A stretch of 63,981 nucleotides of DNA from NCBI GenBank assembly GCA_009103225.1, contig RHPI01002568.1, forward strand, positions 261,742 through 325,722, in the 5' to 3' direction. The position numbers and the translations under genes are program-made. Shown here piece by piece: positions 13,601-26,240 of the stretch. Position 1 is the first letter of the stretch, and the number at the start of each line of letters is the position of its first letter. The notes under the pieces were generated by a model that was not told the DNA's origin, searched no databases, and saw only the letters and a list, made by a program, of their open reading frames with translations. The DNA is from Chlorokybus atmophyticus (lineage: Eukaryota > Plantae > Mesostigma and Chlorokybus algae).

Positions 13601-14472
13601 GTGTGTGTTGCATGTGTCATACTCGCTGACTATGACTGTGCTGAGTGACAGAGGCTATCCTTGCATTCAGCGGGCTGCGCACACCAACAGTAGAAAGCCT
13701 TGTGCCCGTCCCGCTGTTTCCTTATAACAACAATCCTTCGCCTGCACCACCACAGCCAAGTAAGCTCTACCTATTGATTGGCGTCCCAAGCTATATATGT
13801 CTCACACACTAAGACAACTCTGCGTGTGCTTACCACTGTGCAGACTGCACCTACCAATCTGGCATAGTTTGGAGCACAATGAGGGTGACATCTCCCGGCG
13901 TGTTGACTTTGCTCTCTTCCTCCTTCGGGACTACCCCGCCCCAATGCTGTGACGTGTGCACGTCGTATCTCAACTGCGTGGCGTGGGACTTCCGCATACA
14001 GACATCTGGAAACACTCGCACCCCAACATGCAAGATCTACACAGAGTTGTACACGCCGTTCCAAAGCTCACGCATATCTGATGCGACGGGATCAGCGGGG
14101 ATCAAGCTCGTGCGTACACAACCTCCCTTACCCGTGCCTTCCCGTACTCGCCCGAACGGGTACACGTGTGACCTTATTGAGAATGACACACTCTTCACGA
14201 TTCAAGGTGGAGATGTTTTGTTCACTGATGTGGCCCCAAACCCGAGGTCGTGCTGCGATATGTGCCGAACCATGCCGGGATGTCAGTATTGGGACATGCG
14301 ATTCAACGCCACGGGAGCCCCCCCAACATATTGCAACCTTTACACGCGAGCGCTCAACCTTACCTCACCTCGCATCCCTCGCATCAGCAATGGTGTCACT
14401 TCACTCTTCAACTTCACTTCCGGGAGGACACAACTATGCGCGGGCTGGCCGAGTACTGCCTGCTTGGTGTAG
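6353..14472 (+). CDS. Large secreted multidomain protease: signal peptide, S8/S53-like peptidase, TSP3-like/Cys-rich module, Pro-rich linker, Kelch repeats, two PAN/apple domains
   Basis: Signal peptide MGRGRPPSGAAAVVLVALLTACASTLQLVSA. Protease motifs GVKVGVISDS, DE|GRAMLQIIHDIAP, FTSAG|NDG and GTSAAAPHA (Ser codon 9821). Also DSDKDGRVDAVDAC, Kelch-type VVGG/FAGG with W/Y-spaced repeats, and CCxxC...C..W...C PAN repeats at 13879-14472. That it is one gene rather than two is inferred from compatible splice phases. Confidence 0.75.
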
Positions 14473-15191
14473 ATTAAAGTCACCCGCACAAGTCACAAGC
14501 ACTATTGATGGTAGTTTATCGTCCCCTACATTCATTTAGGTGCCGCCAATCTCTTCAAGTGGTGAAGGTAGTGTGGTATCCATTAGCGCTAGCGTCGCTT
14601 AGTTAGGTGTAATGGATATAATGACCTTCCAATGCACTATCGTGCATTGCTTATTATGCATTCGTGTTCATCTCTGATTGAGATTTGATAAGATGAAATG
14701 ATCAAATGTTCAATGCATGCCGCCATTAATCTATAGTGCAACTATTATGTATATGCGCGTGCATGTACATGTTATGCAAATATGCAAATAGCTGATTGGT
14801 CAATGTGTGTTTTGATTGATGCGAATGCGTGCAATGCAAGATGCACACGTAATCAAAAAGAACAATATGTGTGTTTGCTGAGCACACACACACACATGTG
14901 TACTGCACACCACCCGCTCTCCTCTACAAGGTAGTGTATGCAGCGCTGAAGCGTCACCCCAGAGCGCGACAACAAGAGCACGGGGAGCAGGCTTATTGGT
15001 GAACACAGCTTGCCCGTGCGAAGGACCCAGCCCCACCAACCCCACCACCCAACCCAACCCAACCCAACCCGACCCTAACCAGAACATGCACTGCACAAGA
15101 GCACATGAGCACATGAGCGGCACAAGCCAAGTGCCAGCAGCACTGCGCGCACAGCACTGCAGACGTGGACTGCGAGGGTGCATGCAGCATC

Positions 15192-15491
15192 GCACTGCAA
15201 ACAGCGACGCAGCAAGCAACAGAAGCGCAGGGAGGCGGAGGGGGAGGAGAGGGCGAGGGAGTCGTCGTCGCTGCTGCTCATGTGCATGTTGTTGACACTG
15301 ACGACTAACCAAGCCCATGGGGCCAGGTACTACATGCATGTACTGACTGCTATGGCTAAAGGGGTGTTGGTAGAGTAGGTAGTGAAGTTAGCTAGTGACA
15401 GTAGCCCGGTGGTCTACATGGACGGTGTTGACTGCATGTGGACATGATGCTGGGTCCATTGCATGTGCATACGTGTTGCGAATTCTGTACA
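15192..15491 (+). repeat. Dispersed ~300-bp repeat, copy A (inverted relative to 41810-42115)
   Basis: Long shared blocks, e.g. ttggtagagtaggtagtgaagttagcta..tgacagtagcccggtggtctacatg, match the reverse complement of the 41.9-kb region. Confidence 0.9.
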
Positions 15492-15514
15492 CGCACGCAC
15501 GCACGCGCGCGCGC

Positions 15515-15516
<2 letters not shown>

Positions 15517-15565
<49 letters not shown>
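15517..15565 (+). repeat. (GA)n microsatellite preceded by (GC)n
   Basis: Direct reading. Confidence 0.95.
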
Positions 15566-15568
<3 letters not shown>

Positions 15569-17687
15569 CATGCATAAACACAACGTAAACACAGCAATCC
15601 ACAATGTCCAATATAAGCACGTCGCATACCATGTGCTACTGCACCTACGTGTTGCCACCGTGGGAACATGGCCTAGCCCCCACTCCTACAATGCCACACA
15701 CAATGCCACCAATGCTAATGTTGGTAAGTTAGCATTGGTGGCATTGTGCGTGGGCATGCACCCTTTTGCAGGTGTGATTGGCAATCACACCTGTTGCAAA
15801 GGGGCGCATGCCCCCCGCGCGCGCGTGTGTGTATGTGTGTGCGCATGTGTGTGACTGTTTGCGCATTTGTATAACTATTATGCAAAACGTTAATGTATGT
15901 ATCATGCATATGCATACAGATGCACTTGTATACGTGTGCACCTGTATAGTAGTGTACGTACAATATCGCATTGAGTCGCAGACATGATTTAAACCCCAAA
16001 GTACAACAAAGTTCGTACACATGTATACCCTTACATACTATACATTCCCATACACAATCCGTTCGTATGGATAACGATGGCGGCGGCAATGAATGACTAC
16101 ATTACACGGGTGCCAACTGGCGGTTGTGGTGTGTAGTGTTCATTACTACCCTACTCAAACACAATCATATAGCTTGTTGTACACAAGCAATGTCCTCAAG
16201 CGCTACATGCTGTCTATCGTGCACATGCAAAGAGGGCCCTCATGCACTGCAAACAATTGCGAGGAGGGAAGGGGAGCCGCTTAGCAGCACAACACTACAT
16301 TGCAGCCATGCCTTATCCGTGCTCAAACTTATTCTCCTCAACTGCAGCTAATGCTTGAATAAATGCCAAGTTGGCTGCCAACCAACTTCTATCACAAAAA
16401 CAGCATGAGCATTGTGACTATCCAAGAATGAAAGCCCATTGTTTCTTGATTATCAAGGGTCCAAAATTGTTGGTGACTGCCGCTTGCTGCGCTTTTGCAA
16501 AAACGGATGGCACGTAGATTGCCAGTGAGTCAAAACGCCGCGTTCCAACTCTCTCAGGGCAAGAGTGGTTGTTGTTATGAATGTACCACCGGACCTGCTT
16601 GCACTTCGTATGCATGCACACGCATGTGTATACAAAAGATGCATATTTAAAAATTCCTGCACATGCGCGTATGAATGAGTATAAAGCCATGGCCAACTAG
16701 CAACCATTATAATTCATCAACTCAACTACCGAGTATCGCAATGCTTGCATGCCAAGCAATGCTGCCTACCAGCTCCTCGCTCTACCACTACCGCTATTGT
16801 CCCATATCACATGATGTGTGCATGCATGCGTGTTAGAGATCGCATTGGCATGCATAATGCGTGTGCAATCACATGTATCGGGCTCGCATAGAGTGCAAGC
16901 ATGTATTGATGTTTGTGGACGCATCACGTTAGAGACGCTATACTCATGAACAGATTACTCAACACAGCAATGCAAGCCACCAACACCAACACACATAGCA
17001 GCATTTACGCCCACTGCTACAGAAGTACAAATATAGCATGTGCTTGTGTACAAATCTACTCCCGACTTGCCCCCACTCCTACCATGTCACACACAATGCA
17101 ACCAATGCCAACAATCGTTGATCAACAAATTGCACACACTTGTCACATTTATGGAATTCCATGGGCAACGCATGCGCGCGCTATTCTTGCCACTGAAAAT
17201 TTATAACTGAGAATGTTTGATTGCCACCGGCGACGCGGCATTTCAATTTCAGATGCATGCACCGTATTTACCCCAACACAGTCCCTCCCCAGAGAGGGAG
17301 AGGAGGGGGGGGTGGCGGGCTGTGTGGGTAAATGATCCACCTTGTCACCATAGCCTAATAAGGTAATAAAGCGAGCCTTGACATGCGCGCGTCGCCACCG
17401 CGTGCACTGACTCCACCGCACTAGCCGTGGTTCACCACTGCCACGTGGACCGTCCCGCGGGAAACCGGCTGACGACTGGGCTGCGGGCTTCATGACGGTG
17501 CGATGATGATTGTTACTCGGCAATCGATGGCTTGGAGAATCTGCTGGTAACACTGGTGCAGTGCTTCGGTGAATTGCGCCACGGTGAGCAGCGGGCGGCG
17601 GCCGCGGCGACGGCGGGGAGGGCAATGCCGGCGGCCAGGAGGAGGAGGAGGAGGAGGGGGGTCAGAGGGTTGAGGTGACAGTTTGTT

Positions 17688-20600
17688 ATGGAGGTGGCGA
17701 TAGAGCGTTTGGTGGTCGGCGCTCTCCTTGCGGCACTGCTGCTGGCTGCCGCAGCTGACGCGCAGACAGGTGAGGCTAACTGCCTGTCGCTGTCGTGGTT
17801 GTTGTTGTCGTGATCGTCAGTGTTTGTGTGGGAATTAGTTGCGAGCTGCTTGCATGCATTGCAGTGCGCGTGACCACGTTCGCGGAGCTCGCGAGGGCGC
17901 TGAGGAGCGGGGCGTTGGACGTCGTCGTGGTCGCTGCGGATTTCACTGCCACCTCCACGCTGACGGTGTCGGCGGGGGCAACGGTTACGGTTCGGGGCGA
18001 CGTTGTCAATGACGCCAGCAACAGGCGCAGCATTGCCGGCGCTGTCAACTTCACCGGCACCCTCTTCGACATCCCACGCAGCGCCGCCCTCACCCTGCAG
18101 GACCTGGAGGTCACCAGCATGGACACCTCAAAGGTGCTACTATTGAAACAGTAGCAGTCAGGGATTCGGATGGGGGGTGTTGAAGGTGTGTGCTCATCCT
18201 TTGTATAATGCGATTGTGCTGACTGCTACTGCATGTAGGATGAGGCGGCGGTGGTGAATGCTGGGGAGCTGACATTGACTCGATGCACATTCAGCTTAAA
18301 TACGTTTCGTGGGAAGGTATGTGCACATGCAAGCAAGCAGCAGCTGTCTGCTCTAGAGTGTGGTAACAGCTGTTTTGGCGAGCGCATGCTGCATGAACAC
18401 ATCAAAGCAAGCTGCGTTGCTCGCAGGCGGGTGCAAGCGGGGCAGCAGCATTGTATAACAAAGGCACGGCTACGCTGACATCGTGCACGTTCAGCAGCAA
18501 TGTCATCACGCGATCGGTAAGCAAACACATGGAGTGCTCCACATAGTGATGCAAACCAACGTTGCGCATGTTCGCCGTGTGCAGACTGTTGCAGGCACCA
18601 TCAACAACGAGGGCTCGTTAACAGTCACTGCATGCACGTTTCGTGGCAACGAGGGCTTTCGCGGGTCGGCACTACACAGCAGTGGAGAGCTGGACATCAT
18701 TAACTCATCTTTCAGAGGCAACACTGCAGAAAACGTAAGTAAAAGTTGCTTGTTGTTAGCCAGCAGTGTCAACACCGTGTTAACATCATGCATGTGTTCA
18801 GTGTGGCGCAGCTGTGTTTGTTTTGAGTGGTGGATCGGCGACAATCACAAACAGCTCGCTTGTTGGGAACAAAGGCCTCGCTCAGGGCAGTAACGTCTTG
18901 CCGGGTGGCGTCGTAAGCGTTGCTGGGAAAGGCTCAACGTTGACACTGGACGACTGTCAGTTTCTTGATAATCTACCGTGCAACGACACGATATGTGATC
19001 ACAGCGGAGCGGTATGTAGGTTGTTGGTCACACTGAGCAACATCAATCGCATTTGATATATCTGATGTTGGCTGTATGTTGGCGTTGTGTTCAGTATGGA
19101 GGCTGCTTGGGCGTTAGCAATGCTGCCGAGGCAACAGTGCATCGAACAGACTTCATTGGGTGTTCGACATCGGATGCGGGCAATGGAGGCGGTGCTTTCT
19201 ACAATGATGGTGGCGTGGTCACTCTTGCGGACTCCAACTTTCTCGACAACACAGCTGTAAGCACATGACCCCTTTTGGTTGACCACCTCATTATCACAAC
19301 TTGTCTCTTACTGTGGGCAGGATGCACATGCTGCCGTTGGGTACAACAATGCCGGGAGTGTTACACTCCAGCGGTGCAATATTGACAACCCGTATGCCAA
19401 CACCGAAGGCGGGGCCTTTTACAACAGGGCTGACATGAGCATACTCAACTCCAACATAACGGGCTCACAGTCAAGTGTACGGTTGTGGTGACACCTTGTT
19501 GATAAACTTAATAATAATGGTTTTCTTGTTGCTTGGCGGTATAATGTCTGCTGTCCAACAGGATGGCGGAGTGTTCATCAACTTTGGGACTCTTCTGTTA
19601 AGCAACTGCACCCTCACATCCAACGGGCTTTACAACACCGACTCCGGATTCGGCGGCGTCGCTATCAACTACAATGTCTTTCAGGCAGTCCGCTCTCGGT
19701 TTATCGGCAGCAGAGCCTATGTAAGTGTCGTGAGCACATCTTGTGGTAATATGCACAGGGCATCATTTGTTTATGCCTGTTCGTTGCAGCAAGCTGGCGT
19801 GTTGTATAATGCAGTGAACTCGGTTTCGGCAGCTTTCACCAACTGCACATTTTTAAACAACACGGCCACACAGGTTAGTGCACCTTGTACCCTGCCTCCT
19901 TCGCCATCATGTGTGTGTATGTGTGTGCGCGCGCGCTCTTGTGTGTGCAAGTGCACCTGCCACACTGCTGAATTGGTACACAGGCGTCTGGTGGTGTGTA
20001 TTTTGGCGAAGTCAACGCAGGAGTTGCAACATTTGAGGGTGGGCACGAATGCACGTATACCAGCACATATATGCACAAACACACCTGCACGCTTGCACAC
20101 AAGCACGCCTCACGTGCTCACAGATGTTTGCTGTGGTGGTGAAGGCTATTGATCTCTCTTGTGTTGGGTTACCAGGGTGTGTTTTTGATGGCAACTCTGC
20201 CGGGGGAGATGGCGGCAGCCTGCTTGGACAAACTTCGTTGACCATCACGAGCAGCAACTTCACACGCAACTCAGCTAAGGTAGACAGCACATGGCTCCCT
20301 TATCAAGCTTAACAAGCTAAACTCTACTGTTCTTGTGCTTTGCAGCGCAGTGGGGGTGCGGTCTACAACATTGCCACAGCAAGCATCAGTGACTGCAGGT
20401 TCAGCGAAAACAGTGCGGTAAGCGTGTTATGTTTTGCTGCTCAAAGGCGTGTATGTTTGTAACATACGAGTTGTTGCAGGTCATTGGTGGCGGAGCAGTG
20501 CACAACGTTCGTGTCATGACCATCATAGGCAGTGTCTTTGAGCGCAATCGCGCAGAGGTGATGAATTCGTTGAGTTGTTTGTGGGCTTGACGGATATAGT

Positions 20601-23600
20601 GCTTGCAGTCCTTGCCAACAATTATTTTCCGTCCATGCCAGGCGTTTTGTGGGGATGTCCGCAACAGCGTTGCACAAGAGCTGGTACGCAGTCAGCTCCA
20701 AGCAAGATCATTAGGTGACTGTGTACTTACATAACAACATTGTTTTCTGCTGTAGGTACTGAACAACAGGGTGCTTCTTCGCGGAGGTGTCAGCGGCAAC
20801 AGCCTGCGCATAACGAATTGTGTGTTTCAGAACAGCTCCGCTAAGGTGAGTGCGGCAACATAGTCATTTGCAAGACAATGCAACTAAGCGAGCATCGTGC
20901 AGTACTCAAGCCCTAATTGCTGCATATTTGGCAGGGTCAAGGAGGATCCATTTGCAACAGCCTTGGCAATCTGACCCTCACAGTAAGTAGAAACAGATGA
21001 CTGCCTTCATCCATGCTAGCGATCTCCTGACTACGGGTGATTGCCAACTGCAGGACTCGTTAATTATGGGGGCGCGCGCTGATACCGGAGGTGGTGTCTT
21101 TGTTGGCGGTGCAGACTCTGCAGCAAACTGCCAGCAGATGTCTACAGTCATCCAGGTATAGTAGGCTGCATGCTTACGTTACCTTGTGTGACTTTTTTGT
21201 TGTTTATGGCATCCAACCTACAGGGCTCTACTCTTTCAAGCAATGTTGCAACCACGTTGGGTGGCGGGCTTGCAGTGGACCCGTCGCAGTGCAAGTTTGC
21301 GGGTCAAGTTGACGTTACGAACACAACATTTGCCAACAACACCGCACAATCTGGTGGTGGCGTGAGCTCAGGTCTGTCTACTGGCTTCCAGTCATATCAC
21401 ATAGTAAATGCATAATCAGTCGCTGGACTATTGCTTGACATTACCAACACATCAGGCTGTGGGGATGCCGCGACGTGTCCCACACTCACCAATGTAACTT
21501 TCACGAACAACACTGCTGCGGGCGGAGGAGGTGGCGCGTTGTACAGCACGTCATCCTTACCCAACATTGTGCGCTGTCCGGATAACTTGGTGCCCTCACA
21601 GGTAAGCATTACAAGTTGTTGAGCATGTGCATTGCTTACCGCTTGGGTACCCAAGATTCAAGTGACGTCTGCAACAGGGTTGCACAGCATGGCGTGGCAA
21701 TATCGCTACAAAAGGCGGGTACGGCAACGTGGTAGCCACCTCGCCACGCCTCCTGCAGGCATCCCAGTCCAATTACAGGTGCACATTCAATCATTACAGG
21801 GCTGATGATACACGCACATTCGTGTATGCGTAGTGCAGTACTAACATGAGTGCCTTTACCTGCATGTGGCATAGGTTCACGTATTTGTGGACTTTGCTTC
21901 TTGCTCATTGGTATACGCTCGTACAGCGGAGTGGCTTCAGCGTCGGCCCTTGCCGACCTTCGCATCCGCGTTCTTGACGAGTATGGCCAGCTCATCTCCG
22001 GCGGGCCCAATGCATCCCTGGCGCTGCAGGCCGTGCTGTTATCTGGTGTTTCAGCCTCGCGAGCTCGCATTGTGGGACAGCCGGTCTCTGTCACAATAGG
22101 CAAGGAGGAGACAGAGTGCATGCTACATGTTTGTGCGTGTGTCTCTGTGGTCCGTCAACGCATCTGATGGTTGTTCTTGCAGGTGGCATTGCGAGTTACA
22201 GCGGTCTTGCTGTGCGCTCTGTTCCTGGCGTGAGTGCTGTAGATATCACTGCGCGCAAACTTCCGCCAACGCGGATCTTTGTCGATGTCCGCTCGTGCGT
22301 ACCCGTAAGTATGGTCGCTGTTTTGCAACCTGGTGCTATTTTCCATCTGCATGTTGTGCACTTACACTATCGCTTAGGGGGAAAGCACTTCACCTGACGG
22401 TGACTTGTGCACTTACTGTCAAGCGCCCTCATACAGGTTCGCAGGTTTGCATATGTTGCTTGGCAATCAATTAGTGATGGTGCTGATGTTCACTGTGAAT
22501 CACAGCTTTGACCCTACCACGGTAGGGTGTCTTTCATGCCCAGTGGACACCGCAGATTGCTATGGTGGTGCTCAGGTAGAGGCGTGGTTCTGTGCTCAGT
22601 GCGCACTGCATGCACTGCAATGCGCTGTGTGGGTATGTGTGTACCATCTGACTATGGTTTGTTGTTATAGGTTGTGGCGCAGCAGGGCTACTGGCAGTCT
22701 GGCTTGCTGGTCGATCAGTTCGTGCAATGCCTCAGCCAAATTGCGTGCTCCCAAGACAATCGCACAGAGGTGAGACATGTCGTCGTGTCACAATCAATGC
22801 TTGCGGTTGTGGTACGGCCACCACCCCGTTGTCTGACACATCACAATCCTGCAGATACTGAAAGCAAAGGTCCAGAATGGCACCTGGACCGCTAATGATC
22901 AGTGTGAACAAGGCTATGAGGGCAACTTGTGCGCTGTATGCTCAACAGGCTACGGCTTGTCAGGCCAGGTGAGCACCTTTGGTTATGCAGTTGCAGCAAC
23001 ATGTTCCTGATGCTGCTGTTTCCTTGTGAAGATTGGCAGCTACCAGTGCAAGAGTTGCGGCAAAAAGTCTCTTACGGCGCTGGCGCTGGTGGGTCTGGCA
23101 CTGATATCCATGGCAGCCATCATCTTGATTATTCGGTCCGCTTCAGACTTGCCCTTCGACGCCATTGATGAAGAGCGGATGACCCTCGGCATGATGATAC
23201 CTGCCATTGTGAAGCTGCTGGTAACACTGAGTGCTTGTGTTATTCATGTCAAATCCGCTTGCAAGTCAGCAGCATGAAAAGGGTTGGTAATGCGGATGTC
23301 ACATCAGGTGTCATATCTTCAAGTGAACTCTATAGCCTTCGGGGTCCAGTTTCGGTGGCCAGCCTTCATTAAACGAGTCCTCGGAGTAGTGTCGAGCGCG
23401 TCGACGGTGGGTGTGCAGCTGCTCTCACCGCACTGCCTCCTCGGGGACGGCCAGCGCCTCGACAAGTCCTTCCAGGTCCTCATCGCCTTTGTTGCGCTGC
23501 CTTTCATTGCTGCCGCCCTGCCGGCACTGTTCTACACCGCGCGATGGTACTACCTCAAAGCCAGGAAGGTGCGCTGGTGTGCCTGTGTGGTTGCATACGT

Positions 23601-25068
23601 GCGCGTGTGTCTGTGTGTGTACTCGCTCAGGTGTAGATACGTGCGCCTGCATCCGCATTCGCATTGGCATGCGTGTGTTCTGTGGACACCATGCCACTGA
23701 TAACACTGACGTGGTGTGCTGCACTTGTGCACAGAGGCTGGTTCTGCACAGCACATCGAGCCCGCATGATGACGGGTTTGCAGAGTACTTGAAGCCACGA
23801 TACGCGCTGGCTACATTTGTAACACAATTCTTTCTTTGGCCCTCCGTGACGACACGCATTGTTGCGCTGTTTTCGTGCCGGAATGTCAACGCCGCGGGGC
23901 CGAACGTGCCCGCATCTGCGGTGGGGACTTTCTGGGAGCAGGCTATGAACCACCAATGCTACAAAGGGACCCACATGATCATGGTGGGCGTCATTGGCAT
24001 CCCCGGTGTAATCATCTTCTGCATAGGAGTGCCCTTGTTCACCTTTATCATCCTCTACCGCAAGCGCAAGTTCTTGTTTATGGAAGCCACGGCAAAGTAC
24101 TACGGCTTCCTTTACGCCGGATACAGGCGCAAGATGTACTATTGGGAGTGCATCGTGTGCTTGCAGAAGCTCGCACTGATCTTCGTGCTCGTGTTCCTGA
24201 GCCAGCTCGGGACGGATAAACAGATCCTTATCTCGCTCGGCCTCGCGTGTATCTTCACGCTGATGTCGCGCGTGGCTGCTCCATACGCGTCCGACAAGCT
24301 CTGCAACATGCAGACGATCGCGTGGGCCTCTAACTGCGTGTTGCTTTATGTTGGGTGGCTGTTCTTCCTCCCTTTGTCATCCGGCCTCAGACTCCTGCTC
24401 TCCATTGTCTTTGGCGGCATCTACATCGGCTCCATCCTACTATTCCTGGCCTTGTTATCGACAGAGATCATCACAGGCTTCAAGCAGCTGCAGCGGCGTT
24501 CGTCGAGGCGAGACCACGACATCCAGAAAGACGACGTGGCGGACGCTCTACGCGAGGCTCTCGGCCCCGCACTCGGCACCATCCTTGTCACATTGCATAG
24601 TGCGTACACACTTTTCAAGAGGCGAACACGCCGATACATCCGTAAGAGGAGACTCGGTGCCGCGCAACAACATCACCGCGAGTACCAGCAGCGCGACTTC
24701 CAGTGAGTGCACATTTTGCTTGGTGTCAACTGGCAGAATCTATTGTCCTTTGGCCATTGTTGATGTATTGATTGCTCTCGCATTTGCACAGGCCTCACGA
24801 CAAGAATGCTGTTGTGTCACAAACTCAAGGAGCTGGGATTGATGTCACGCTGTCCGCAACCCCTGCTGCCAGTAACAGAGACATGAAGCTGGATTCGCCC
24901 TTTGGCTCAGCAAGAGCTTTGCCAACCAATGTTGCAGGTGATAATGCTGTTCATGAAATTGGAGAAGCTGGCATAGTTACACAGGAACAGGCTCATGATG
25001 GCACCGCAGAGAAGACAGATTGGGTTGACGATGAAGAGTCTACTTTTGATTCAAAGAGGCAAGAGTAG
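17688..25068 (+). CDS. Multi-exon membrane protein: signal peptide, parallel beta-helix (polymorphic-membrane-protein-like GGA..FxxN) repeats, Cys-rich region, multi-pass TM domain
   Basis: Signal peptide MEVAIERLVVGALLAALLLAAAADAQ. Repeated FRGN/FLDN/FTRN...GGA motifs. Cys-rich CLSCP..C..G...GYW and CEQGYEGNLCAVCSTGY. Several hydrophobic segments in 23030-24470. The last exon joins in frame by ttcca|gtgagt...cacag|g to a stop at 25068. Confidence 0.85.
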
Positions 25069-25633
25069 CAACAACATCCGCGTGAGATACTTATACACGT
25101 CCGTGTTGGGCACCATGTGGTGGGTAGCTTATATCAATATATAGCAAGTACTTGGTTGGTAGACCATATTAGTGTAGAGTAATCGCCAGAGTGTCGCGTG
25201 CCATGAATTAGTCTGGCAACGCACGCTGGTTGTATAGGGCATATGATAGTCGTAATGGACACCATGTTGTCGCATATTTGCCACATGGGCAAGAGGGGGG
25301 TGTCCATCACGCTCGTGCGCAAGATCATTCAGGTGGGAGTGGGTGCGTGTGTGTCTCGTATGTGCGCTCGCGTGTGTCTGTGAGCGGGACTGGGAGTGGG
25401 GATTGAGTTATGTACAGATACCACACATCTGTATGGAACGGTGCAAACAAATGATGAGTGCGTGTATGCGTGCTGATGTTGGCTGTCAAGCAGTGGCAAA
25501 TACATGACCTGTGCTACTGCAACATGCCACTCTCATACTCCTGAATCCGACACAACAGCGCAGCCCAATATCTATCCATCACACGCGAATGCGCATGGGC
25601 AATGTGCACGTGTGCGTGTGTAAACAGAGGGGG

Positions 25634-25870
25634 NNNNNNNNNNNNNNNNNNNNNNNNNNNNNNNNNNNNNNNNNNNNNNNNNNNNNNNNNNNNNNNNNNN
25701 NNNNNNNNNNNNNNNNNNNNNNNNNNNNNNNNNNNNNNNNNNNNNNNNNNNNNNNNNNNNNNNNNNNNNNNNNNNNNNNNNNNNNNNNNNNNNNNNNNNN
25801 NNNNNNNNNNNNNNNNNNNNNNNNNNNNNNNNNNNNNNNNNNNNNNNNNNNNNNNNNNNNNNNNNNNNNN
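25634..25870. other. Assembly gap (N run)
   Basis: N characters in the sequence. Confidence 1.
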
Positions 25871-26240
25871 GAAGGGCCCGCAGTACACCAGCTGCACCAC
25901 ACACACACATGCTTGGAAACACACACGACATACCATTATCGTTGCAAGTTGGTCAATGCATGCATCGCATGTGGCGTTACTGACTGCCACATCACAAGGG
26001 AAACATCCTCACAGTCACTGTTCGTGCAATCGCCAATGAACCTCATCGCCAGGTGAGGTGGTAGCACCGCACATATGCAGTACGCCAGCACGAGACTTAC
26101 AGCAAGCTTAACTGAGCCCTTCATGTTATACTTTACTGGCATAACAGCATACAACATTATTGAAGACATTCGTACACAACCACGCTCCCACATACTATCA
26201 TACATATCAAGCACACCACTTGTCTCACTTAGCATCACAG

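Noticed and set aside
16450-17500. Possible minus-strand gene divergent from the beta-helix gene
   Set aside because: Only short coding-like fragments were seen, with no coherent splice model.
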